In this document: positions 8,623 to 17,010 of the stretch, piece after piece | How positions within the stretch are numbered: position 1 is the first letter of the stretch | Layout: every line of letters begins with the position of its first letter | DNA from: Methanothermus fervidus DSM 2088 | GTDB lineage: Archaea; Methanobacteriota; Methanobacteria; DSM-2088; Methanothermaceae | Reading direction: 5' to 3' | DNA length: 32,000 nucleotides | NCBI GenBank assembly: GCA_000166095.1 | Contig: CP002278.1 | Location: 1,080,001-1,112,000, forward strand | Program-made: the position numbers and the translations under genes | The notes under the pieces: generated by a model | Database searches by the model: none | Seen by the model: only the letters and a program-made list of their open reading frames with translations | Told to the model about the DNA's origin: nothing

Positions 8623-10300
8623 TTAATCCCCTCCTTTTTTCTTTGCGTATTTAGTGGATAGGTATTTTTGTATAGCATAAATAGCAAGATAATTCCTTAT
8701 TAAATTTATACTGTTTTCTTTTGTATCCATTAATATCTCTTGAATCAAATCACTGTATCTTTTGTCAGTCCCTTCTACTCGAGAGTTCCAGACTGCTCCC
8801 GCATCTTCTTTTAATATTTCGTATTCAAGGTTTTTGAAGAACTCACTAAGTCTTTCAAAATTTCCTATTTCTCTAATAGAATATAAAACATCTTTTTTAT
8901 CGTATTGAGCTGCGAAATATCCAATCCTGTTTCCGACAAGCCGACACACATTATGCAATTCCTTAATATCAGACATTCCAATTACCTCCAAATATTTTGT
9001 AAGAAATTTATAAAGAAGGAATGAGTTAATACTAGAAGGATTATTTTGTGAAAGATTATAAAAAGACAAGTCGCTCAAAACAGAGTCTATAGGGAGTCCG
9101 AAGAGGATCCTTCTTGAAATTTCTTCTCTGGGTAAATTCTTCATTTCATATTTGTTTATACCTTTATAATACGAATAATTCATTAGTAAATTTAAGAAAG
9201 GAGTACTAGATTCGTTTCTTAAATTTTTAATGCTGTCAAAAAATTGTGATATGTACGAAAGCTTGTTGTAAACCTTTAAATCATCCACGCCCCGGGTGGT
9301 AACAACAAAATAATATATGGAGAGATAAGCAAGTTCATCCCTGTCAATTATTTTTTCCTTAATTTTATGAATTAGAAGGAGTAATCTTGAATAAGGACCG
9401 CTTGTAACAAAATCTCCGCGTTTTAGAAAGTTTGTCTTTTTTGAAGATTCCTCAAGATAATCCTCAGGAATCATCAGAATCTTCTTTATATTATATAAAA
9501 AGCGGAGGGAAGGAGCCGATATCAGGAATACATTGTTATCAACAAAATAATTATTTAATAGACCATACTTGTAAATAAGATCACACATAAAACAAACTAT
9601 AATATCTTTTTTTGACCTTAAATCTCTAAAAGATGGCCTTTTGACACCCCCCTCCTACACCAAAGTCAAATATCAAATTGGTAGATTTTATTGAAAAAGA
9701 CATTTTTTTGCCGTTATCGTCTATATACTTTGAATACTTATTTCCACAGAAAAAACATTTGTCTCCTGCCAGAATTTTTTTAATTTTTGATGAAATAGAT
9801 TCTCCAAGTCTTTTTGGTTCCAAGTATATCATTACCATATTCTTTTCACCATACTGAAGCTTGCCACTTACCTTCCCTTCAAAATTACTTTTAGCCTTGG
9901 TCTCTTCATTTTTGAGGGCTTCGAGCTTTTCCTTTGATACTTCCATTCTAGGTAAAAGATTGTTTGTACGCTCAGATCTCTGTAAATATGGTTTAACATT
10001 AAGTTTTGGTGCTATAATGACCTTATCATTTTTTGGATCATAATAAGGTTTGTAATTTTTGGTTTCCTCAAATGCCTTGGAGTAATAAATACTTCTTAAA
10101 ATAAAATAGACATCTTCCAATTCCTTAAATGATCCATGGAAGATAATTTTATTATCTAAGAGTTTAAATTCGGAATCCCCATATTTCACGGTGTAATCAT
10201 CAATATTTTTGAATCTTTCGTCTTTTTTAATATTTAAAAAGATATTCACGAGCCCATTATCGTAAAGAAAATCCCTTTTCTCAAAACTTATTTTGATCAT
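8623..10300 (-). pseudogene. cas8b: Cas8b/Cst1-like CXXC-CXXC large subunit, split by an apparent +1 frameshift at the C6 tract 9647-9652
   Basis: ORF 9626..10300 carries the first CxxC ('CFFCGNKYS'). ORF 8623..9588 frame carries the second ('VCFMCDLIYKYG'). Removing one G from sense G6 joins '..FDFGVGGGVKRPSFRDLRSKKDIIVCFMCDLIYKYG..'. Confidence 0.82.
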
Positions 10301-11013
10301 TTTATACTCCCCACTGTATTTAGCATTCCAAATCCCAGTGAATTCTTCTCACCAATGCCACAATCTAATATAAACCTATAAAATCTTTTGTTGTCCATAT
10401 TAAACTTTTCAAGATTCTTCCAGAGCGTCCCTATGACAATGAACATTTTACCTGCCCTTTTAAGTCTAACAGCAACCTCTCGAGCGTATTTAACCCTGTC
10501 AAAAATGTTTCCATCGAAATAATAATCACCATCATGAAAAGCATTATACTTTTTCAAGGCATTTTCTTTCAATCTTTCCATAAAAAATGAAAGGTCACAT
10601 GATTTTTTCATCGAAAAATAGATATTTTTCCTATTATTTTTATACAATACTACTGGCGTGCTCGTTATAAATTGTCTTCCAAATCGGGTTTTAAAAAGAC
10701 TCACAGATTCCAACTCAATTGGGATCTTTCCTAAATAATATGATTCATTTCTTTTAATTTCCTTTTTAATCGTTTTCAAAAGCCTAGGCGCTGGTGAAGA
10801 AATTATTAAATTTTTAGTTTCTCCTCTCTTAAAATTACTTATTGGGAAAATATTTGAAAAACAAAAATATTTGAAGCCTCTTCTGTTATGGTAACTTTCA
10901 AATTTAGAACTTCTCTTTAAAAATGAGTAAATAAATCCCTGAATAGTATAATTATTGACTGAGGTGTATCCAAAATCTTTCTTTGGTTTAAACTTGATAA
11001 GTAGTCTCATCAT
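10297..11013 (-). CDS. cas6: CRISPR endoribonuclease Cas6
   Basis: 238 aa ending with the G-rich 'CGIGEKNSLGFGML', first gene of the cas operon, intact. Confidence 0.88.
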   Translation of the reverse strand: MMRLLIKFKPKKDFGYTSVNNYTIQGFIYSFLKRSSKFESYHNRRGFKYFCFSNIFPISNFKRGETKNLIISSPAPRLLKTIKKEIKRNESYYLGKIPIELESVSLFKTRFGRQFITSTPVVLYKNNRKNIYFSMKKSCDLSFFMERLKENALKKYNAFHDGDYYFDGNIFDRVKYAREVAVRLKRAGKMFIVIGTLWKNLEKFNMDNKRFYRFILDCGIGEKNSLGFGMLNTVGSIK

Positions 11014-11051
11014 TCAACCTTTATTTATAATAAAAAAATAATACTTAACTT

Positions 11052-11068
11052 CTTGTATATAAAAGTTA
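11052..11068 (-). promoter_or_regulatory. Candidate cas-operon promoter (archaeal TATA)
   Basis: Minus-strand 'aacttttatatacaag' about 45 nt upstream of cas6. Confidence 0.4.
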
Positions 11069-11237
11069 TCATTTTTTAATTACCTTGTATTAATGTTAAG
11101 ATATTTATTTAAGTTCGTTAGATTAAACTCTGATTTTGTGTTGTGGGTCAGTTAAATGTTTATATCATTCTGTTTCCTGAATACCGTAGATAGGTTTGTG
11201 CGAAGTCATAATATAATACTGCATATGTTTCCATTAT

Positions 11238-11981
11238 TTAGAATCTCCTTCTAACAACTAACACAGTAATTAAAATTAGAAGCATGCCAATTAATATTCC
11301 ATGTATAGACGTTATTTTAGTTTCTCCTGAAGTATTATATTTCGTTTCTTTTAAATATGGATTAGCTTTATTTGGAACGTCTGTTTCTTTTAAACTATTA
11401 AGCACTGCAGAATATGCAACTGATGCAGCCTTATCAAAATGCTTCTCCACTATACTAGGATCTCTAGTCTTTAACCACTTATACCAATCATTCTTTTCGT
11501 TTTTCGCTGTTGACATCAAAGTATAGAGATCTCCTGGAATATACTTGATCTGTGGTGTATAACCAATAACTTGAGACTCATACATCTCATGATCTTTTTT
11601 TGACTCTTTAGCTATATTATGTGGAGCACAGAAAGAATCAGATATATAGTGAGTTGCAACTCCAAAGCAATAACTTGCATACTTGTAATTTCTTTTCTTC
11701 CAAGCATCTTTGCCTTTATTAAGCCATTTCTTAGCTTCATAATAAGCTGGAGGGAAATGGTGTTTTTTGAAGTCCTTAAATTTTAAGTCAGGGGCTGTTG
11801 AACCCTCCTTCATAGCTTCGAGGTCAATTTTGCTTTGATATTCAGAAGGTAGGTTGTTGTAGATCAATTCAACTATGTAGCGATGAGATTCTTCTTTCCA
11901 TCCATAGGTAAAGCTAAATGTAAATGGCAAAGACAGAACTAAAGCTAGTAGGAGGTATTTCTTGATGTTCAAGAAGCTCAC
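11238..11981 (-). CDS. Secreted zinc-dependent phospholipase C/S1-P1-like protein with C-terminal TM
   Basis: 247 aa: signal peptide 'YLLLALVLSLPFTFSFTYGW', 'ESHRYIVELIYNNLP', 'ATHYISDSFCAPHN', C-terminal TM 'GILIGMLLILITVLVVRRRF'. GTG start at 11981. Confidence 0.7.
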   Translation of the reverse strand: MSFLNIKKYLLLALVLSLPFTFSFTYGWKEESHRYIVELIYNNLPSEYQSKIDLEAMKEGSTAPDLKFKDFKKHHFPPAYYEAKKWLNKGKDAWKKRNYKYASYCFGVATHYISDSFCAPHNIAKESKKDHEMYESQVIGYTPQIKYIPGDLYTLMSTAKNEKNDWYKWLKTRDPSIVEKHFDKAASVAYSAVLNSLKETDVPNKANPYLKETKYNTSGETKITSIHGILIGMLLILITVLVVRRRF

Positions 11982-12041
11982 ATCTCCATACTTTAGTCTA
12001 TGAATGCCTTGTCTTACACGCTTATAAGTCTATCTCTATTT
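11982..12041 (-). repeat. Relic CRISPR repeat plus leader fragment (copy C)
   Basis: atctccatactttagtctat (11982-12001) resembles atttccatactatttagtctat with a 2-nt gap. It is followed by 'cttgtcttacacgcttataagtctatctctatttcac', matching the outer leader of arrays A/B. Confidence 0.55.
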
Positions 12042-12128
12042 CACTTATAACTTATAAGTTATAACTTATAACTATCCCTTCCCTCAATTCTCTCTAGCTA
12101 TTACACTTGAAATTTACCCCTCTCTCTC
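12041..12128. repeat. Dispersed leader/5'-region element, copy C
   Basis: cacttataacttataagttataacttataactat..ctagctattacacttgaaatttacc; near-identical in reverse complement to 605-690 and related to 18006-18080. Confidence 0.75.
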
Positions 12129-12182
12129 AAAAAGATATTTTTTAGAAAAATAAAAATTTATTTATTAGATTCTTTTGGAGGC

Positions 12183-13262
12183 ATGGTCATGCAAGAAATA
12201 AATTCTCTAAAAAATACAGAAAGATCTTTAAATTATTTAGATGAAATAAAAGATAAAGATTTTCTATTTACTTGTGTTATTGCTACAACTGAAACATCAT
12301 GCATTCCTGGAATAACTGGAGCAGGTGCAACACCTGAATTAACAAAATATACGCCAGCTCTTGACACAGAATTGGTAGTTTGTGGCAAACCATTAAGCAT
12401 GTCAGAAATTCCCCAAACTGTTGTTGAAGGTTCTTCAACACCCACACCTGCGGTTATAACAAGAGCAGTAGTTGAACTTTTGGATATCCCTTTTTTAGTA
12501 GTAGATGCTGGAGCAGAAATAAAACCAAAAATACCTTATATCGAATTAAATGATAAACCTGGAAAAGATATAAGAACAGGTAAAGCCGTTGATAAACCTC
12601 GCTCAATTTATGAAAAAGGTAAAATATTGGGAAAGTTTTTATCAAAAATAACAGAATATTTAATAATTGGGGAAAGCACACCTGCTGGCACAACAACTGC
12701 TCTTGGAGTATTAACTGCTTTGGGATATAATGCTAGCTTTAAAGTTAGTGCAAGTTTACCAGAAAATCCTCATGGATTAAAGAGAAAAGTAGTGATGGAA
12801 GGATTAAAAAATGCAAATATAGAACCTGGCAATATTGATGATCCATTTGACGCTGTTAAAGCTGTTGGAGATCCAATGATACCCGCTGTTGCTGGAATAT
12901 GCGCTGGATTTAAAAATTATATAACACTTGCTGGTGGAACACAAATGCCAGCAGTTTGTGCATTATTAAAAGAAGTAGAAAACTTTAATTTTTCTAAATT
13001 AGCTATAGCAACCACAGTTTTCGTTGTGAAGGATGAAAGTTCTGATATTTTAAATATAGTTGAGCAAATTGGTGATATACCTGTATATTATGTTGATCCT
13101 CATTTTGAAAAATCAAATCATGAAGGTTTAAAAAGATATATGGAAGGGCATGTGAAGGAAGGCGTAGGTGCTGGAGGGGCAATGTTTGCTGCAGTGTTAA
13201 AAGGTATTACTACCGATGAATTAAGAAAAGAAATTGAGAAAGTCTGTACAGTTGTTTTTTAG
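12183..13262 (+). CDS. Archaeal CobT-like nicotinate-nucleotide phosphoribosyltransferase (UPF0284 family)
   Basis: 359 aa: 'ATTETSCIPGITGAGATPELTKYTPALDTELVV..', 'STPTPAVITRAVVE', 'VGESTPAGTTTALGVLTALG', 'KGVGAGGAMFAAVLKGI'. Confidence 0.85.
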   Translation: MVMQEINSLKNTERSLNYLDEIKDKDFLFTCVIATTETSCIPGITGAGATPELTKYTPALDTELVVCGKPLSMSEIPQTVVEGSSTPTPAVITRAVVELLDIPFLVVDAGAEIKPKIPYIELNDKPGKDIRTGKAVDKPRSIYEKGKILGKFLSKITEYLIIGESTPAGTTTALGVLTALGYNASFKVSASLPENPHGLKRKVVMEGLKNANIEPGNIDDPFDAVKAVGDPMIPAVAGICAGFKNYITLAGGTQMPAVCALLKEVENFNFSKLAIATTVFVVKDESSDILNIVEQIGDIPVYYVDPHFEKSNHEGLKRYMEGHVKEGVGAGGAMFAAVLKGITTDELRKEIEKVCTVVF

Positions 13263-13315
13263 TTTACCTTTCAACCCTAAAATAGTCTGATTATTTTTTC
13301 ATTTTTTATTTTTAG

Positions 13316-13470
13316 TATATATAAGTTTTCTTAATTTATAGAGTATTTTTTGAGAGAGAAAGAAGGAGTAAGAGAGAGTTTGTATATATTTTTTAAAACA
13401 AGTGTTATTTTTGTACTTCATCTATATAAATACTTTCCTATTTTTTTCATCCCTGATAGGGTGGAAACCT
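13316..13470. mobile_element. Solo tnpB-upstream end of the TnpB element (copy 2)
   Basis: Shares 'ttaatttatagagtatttttt.gagagagaaagaaggagt..tgtatatattttttaaaacaagtgttatttttgtacttcatctatataaatacttt..ccctgatagggtggaaacctg' with copies 3-5. No left end present. Confidence 0.7.
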
Positions 13471-13582
13471 GTTTTTTGATTGCTATTTTTTTTATTTCTA
13501 GAAAAATAAAAATTCTTAGAGATGGCTCAGACAAGGCTGAATTCATCACTTATCAGAATAGTTCCTCATCATTGCCAAAACA

Positions 13583-14065
13583 TTAGACCCATTTAACTTC
13601 AGGAGTTATGAAGACAAAATTTTGAGAGAATGCTGGATCATAATATTCATATTTATCCCCAGTTCCAAACACTTCACATATGGATTTTCTAACATTGTAG
13701 TTTATCCTGTCTCCCAGCGATCGGAGAGAATGATTATTAAACAATCTATTTACATGCGCATAAACTTGTAGTTCAATTTCAAATTTCTTATATCTTTCAT
13801 TATAACCTTTAAATTTATATTCTATTTTAATTATTTTGGTTGCAGACGGAGATAATAATTCTGGTTTAAATTCAGTATAATTATCAAATGAAATTGTAGG
13901 ATATACTGCATAATTGTTCATTGTTGTTGCAAGGTTTGCACCAGATCTTGCGGCGCATAAAGCAACTGATAATTCATGTTCACGCTGCACCACAGAAAAA
14001 AGTGAATATGAGAAAATCAACAAAACTACGGCTATAAATGAATATTCAATAATCACAGAACTCAT
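13583..14065 (-). CDS. Pilin/TadE-like membrane-anchored protein (hypothetical)
   Basis: 160 aa with N-terminal 'SSVIIEYSFIAVVLLIFSYSLFSVV' helix; start overlaps (ATGA) the upstream pilin-like ORF. Confidence 0.5.
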   Translation of the reverse strand: MSSVIIEYSFIAVVLLIFSYSLFSVVQREHELSVALCAARSGANLATTMNNYAVYPTISFDNYTEFKPELLSPSATKIIKIEYKFKGYNERYKKFEIELQVYAHVNRLFNNHSLRSLGDRINYNVRKSICEVFGTGDKYEYYDPAFSQNFVFITPEVKWV

Positions 14066-14464
14066 TGCATCACAACCCTAACTTTGTTATTCTCATTCTC
14101 AAAGAGATATTCTTTATTTGCATACAATTCTACATTATCTACAGGCACAAAAATAGTACTTTTGCATTTTAAATTCCCGCAAACACAGTATACTTCATCT
14201 TCCTTTATGTAAATATTGTATTGGCAATTGCAAATGGATTTTGGTAGTGAAAGATATACTTTATGTCCGTTACCTCCACTATAGGACAAAATTATGGAAT
14301 TAGATATGTTATCTGTTAAAGATCTCATTGCATATACTTTATTTTCGTTATTAGCATTGTCGATTTCATTATTTATTAATTGTACTAATAAAATCACTAC
14401 AAATAGAAATAAAAGTGAAGTGATGATTATATCAAATGCTAAGTAACCTTTTTCATCCGTTTTT
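14062..14464 (-). pseudogene. Pilin-like gene 5'-truncated by the TnpB element
   Basis: Open frame continues upstream of ORF 14062..14397 as 'TDEKGYLAFDIIITSLLFLFVVILLVQLINN..' and runs directly into the element end at 14465 with no start codon. Confidence 0.6.
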
Positions 14465-14600
14465 GAGCTACCCCCTACGGAGCTTCCTGCTTCATAGAGA
14501 AAACTTGCCCAGAGACTATATCCTTACAGGAGATAGTTCTGAGTAGAGGTTTTCTCTCAGGCAGGCTATCAGGACTACCCCATTCCCTCAACAATATTCT
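14465..14600 (-). ncRNA. Candidate omega (reRNA) guide scaffold overlapping the tnpB 3' end
   Basis: Conserved right-end block 'ctatctcctgtaaggatatagtctctgggcaagttttctctatgaagcaggaagctccgtagggggtagctc', the usual position of omegaRNA in IS200/IS605 elements. Also retained in copy 5. Confidence 0.5.
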
Positions 14601-15617
14601 ACACGCTGATATATAATCTCTTAGTTTATTCTTATAGGTTAATCCTTTTGATGTTCCTCTTGGATTTACCTTCTTAACAATCTTACCGGCCCTTTCAGCC
14701 TTGTAAGATAGCATTTGAAGGAATTTACCCCAGGAAGCATCTAAAATACTTTTTGCAAGCTTATGATTTTTAACCATATTCTTTATAGTTAGATTCTCAA
14801 CACAAATCACGTCATAATTATCAACATAAAACCTACTTAGCTTATGTAGGAAGTCATCCCTTTGATTTCTTAACTTTTCATAACATCCTGCAAGTTTCTT
14901 TCTTTGCTTCTCATAGTTCTTAGAACCTTTCTTTTTCCTTGATAGTTTCCTCTGTTCAATTTTAATTCTCTCCAGGGTTTTTTCATAGAATCTTGGATTT
15001 TCTATTTGCCTTTCTTCACTGTCTGTTAGGAAATGCTTTATTCCAACATCAATTCCTATTGCTTTACCTGTTTTAGGCTTGGTTTCTTTTTCTTTCTCAA
15101 TACAAACTAAAGCAAACCATTTTCCAGATCTATAGCGTTTCACTATAATCTGTTTTATCTTCCCCTCAATTTCTCTGTTTATCCTAATTGGAATTTCTCC
15201 AATCTTTGATAGATATAGCCTATCTAGTCTTTTTCCAGTTTTTATTATCTTGAAACCAGATTGATTATAAATAAAAGATTTAAACCACTTTCCTTTATAC
15301 CGTAGTCTTCCGACCTTCTTACCATTTTTCTTAAGTTTGGCTAAAGCTTTTAAGTTGGAATGAAGCTGATAAAGCACAAGCTGTAAAACTTTTGCATATA
15401 CTTTCTTTAATTCAGTTTTTTCTTTCTTTAATTGAGTTAATCGCTTGCACATCTTATAATATGATATATACTCCTTAGAATTATTAATTTCACTTAGAAA
15501 ATAATTATAAACATGCCTACAAATCTCTAAAGTTTCCAATAGCTTGTCTTCCTGTTCTTTACTTGGATAAAGTCTGAACTTATATGCATAGATATGTGAC
15601 ATGAAGAAAAGTAGCAT
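14475..15617 (-). CDS. tnpB: RNA-guided endonuclease TnpB family protein lacking the canonical zinc ribbon
   Basis: 380 aa: HTH N-term 'YAYKFRLYPSKEQEDKLLETLEICRHVYNYFL', RuvC motifs 'AIGIDVGIKHFLTD', 'ICVENLTIKNM', 'NPRGTSKGLTYKNKLRDYISACRILLREWGSPDS..VFSMKQEAP'. Confidence 0.93.
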   Translation of the reverse strand: MLLFFMSHIYAYKFRLYPSKEQEDKLLETLEICRHVYNYFLSEINNSKEYISYYKMCKRLTQLKKEKTELKKVYAKVLQLVLYQLHSNLKALAKLKKNGKKVGRLRYKGKWFKSFIYNQSGFKIIKTGKRLDRLYLSKIGEIPIRINREIEGKIKQIIVKRYRSGKWFALVCIEKEKETKPKTGKAIGIDVGIKHFLTDSEERQIENPRFYEKTLERIKIEQRKLSRKKKGSKNYEKQRKKLAGCYEKLRNQRDDFLHKLSRFYVDNYDVICVENLTIKNMVKNHKLAKSILDASWGKFLQMLSYKAERAGKIVKKVNPRGTSKGLTYKNKLRDYISACRILLREWGSPDSLPERKPLLRTISCKDIVSGQVFSMKQEAP

Positions 15618-15724
15618 GAGAGAGTATATATAGTTTTCTTTTTTCTAGGTATTTTTGGGGAGAGAAAGAAAGAGTAAGAGAAAGTTGTGTATATTTTTTT
15701 AGAACAAGTGCTAGTTTTGTACTT

Positions 15725-15740
15725 CATCTATATAAATACT
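15725..15740 (-). promoter_or_regulatory. Candidate tnpB promoter (TATA-like), conserved in all five element copies
   Basis: Minus-strand 'agtatttatatagatg'. The same 16-mer occurs at 521-536 and 13419-13434, with close copies near 25.67 and 31.84 kb. Confidence 0.55.
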
Positions 15741-15983
15741 TTTTCTGTTTTCTCTCAATCCCTGATAGAGTGGAAATCTGGTTTTTCACAAAATCAATTT
15801 CAATCTTCTTTTTATTTTTTTATTTTTTAAAAATTCTGTTTGTAAAAAATTCAAAAAAAATATAAATTTTAATAATTTATGATCAGGTATTTTTGTATAT
15901 ATAATAGTAAACTTAGATAGAATAATAATAAAAACATGAGGAGGTATTATATTTTCAGGGAATAATACTTCAAAGGAAAAACC

Positions 15984-16928
15984 ATGAAAACCATAAAAAT
16001 AAGTCCAATAAGATGGAAAGTTATGGAAATTTATTATTGGGGAAGTAGATCATTGTTTAAAATTTTATTCGTATTGATATTTTTCATCCTCTGCGGTTTA
16101 CGTGGTATAACTAGGAAAAAGCATATAACACCAGAAGATAAAGCTCTTGAATATTTTTTATTTAAAATAGTTTTTATTTTAGTAATCATTGTTTTCCTAA
16201 TTACGTTAGTAGGCTTTGTTATAGAAATAGATCCTAAGAGAAGGATTACTTATTCCAATCGCATTTCTTTCGCAGTATTCATAATAATGATATTTTCACT
16301 GGTAATGTTACTTATTTATAATTTCGTTTTACCTGCCTTGCTCTTCTCCATCTTTCTACTATTTTTACCACTCCTACACATCAAATTAGCCTCTGAACAT
16401 TTAAAGAAGAAAAGATACGTTATGTATGAAAATGCAGAAGGTGAGATAACAGATAAATATGTTGATTATCCTCTTAAAGCATTTTTTGAGGATCCTGAAG
16501 AATCATTGAGGAAAGTGAGAGAAGGAGCAGATGAAGATAAAAAGAAATTAAATAAAGATGAAAAAGGACTCCCAGAAAATACAGAACTTGGAGAGCTTAT
16601 TGATGGAGAAACCTTTAGTTTCCCTTTTATTGGTGGTCTTATGATTTTAATCAGTTTATCTACCATACTTGGCCTTGATAAATTATTTAAATCTATTGGT
16701 GGTTTTGGTTTTGTAGCGAGGCTTGTTTTAATGTTTATTTTTATTTTTATACTACCATATCTCCTGTCTTCTTATTATGAAAAGAAAGCTAAGGCATACC
16801 GTCATGATCTCAGGGAAGAATATCTAGTTATAAACAGAGATAAGAAGATCATAAAGATCTATGATAGCAAGGAGGAATTCTTAGGGGATGGATATAAGGT
16901 GAGAGAGTTGGAGGACACCTCCTCATGA
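15984..16928 (+). CDS. Multi-pass membrane protein, paralog of 24440..25312
   Basis: 314 aa, several TM segments; shared N-term 'MKTIKISPIRWKVM' and C-term 'EYLVINRDKKIIKIYDSKEEFLGDGY'. Confidence 0.75.
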   Translation: MKTIKISPIRWKVMEIYYWGSRSLFKILFVLIFFILCGLRGITRKKHITPEDKALEYFLFKIVFILVIIVFLITLVGFVIEIDPKRRITYSNRISFAVFIIMIFSLVMLLIYNFVLPALLFSIFLLFLPLLHIKLASEHLKKKRYVMYENAEGEITDKYVDYPLKAFFEDPEESLRKVREGADEDKKKLNKDEKGLPENTELGELIDGETFSFPFIGGLMILISLSTILGLDKLFKSIGGFGFVARLVLMFIFIFILPYLLSSYYEKKAKAYRHDLREEYLVINRDKKIIKIYDSKEEFLGDGYKVRELEDTSS

Positions 16929-16953
16929 AAACCATAAAAATAAGTCTAATTTT
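16871..16953 (+). repeat. Direct repeat R1 (membrane-gene 3' end plus next start)
   Basis: ggaattcttaggggatggatataaggtgagagagttggaggacacctcctcatgaaaaccataaaaataagtctaat; near-identical to about 24388-24464. Confidence 0.85.
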
Positions 16954-17010
16954 ACATCTCCTTTGACTTTAACAAAAAAATTTTAATTTTTAATTTATAT
17001 AATTTTTATT

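Larger units (their letters stand above)
14465..15804 (-). mobile_element. TnpB-only IS200/IS605-type element (copy 3, the only copy with an ORF)
   Basis: Contains tnpB. Both ends recur in copies 1, 4 and 5; the tnpB-upstream end also in copy 2. Confidence 0.85.

Noticed and set aside
2699-11013. Entirely novel defence system in the cas region
   Set aside because: All genes fit a standard type I-B (Cst/Tneap-like) set. The unusual part is their frameshift state, not their identity.
15780-15804. 'gatagagtggaaat' at the end of the shared 150-bp block looks slightly like the CRISPR repeat 3' end ('gtatggaaat')
   Set aside because: Only a short AT-rich match. The block tracks with the tnpB upstream region, so an element-end origin is simpler than an array relic.
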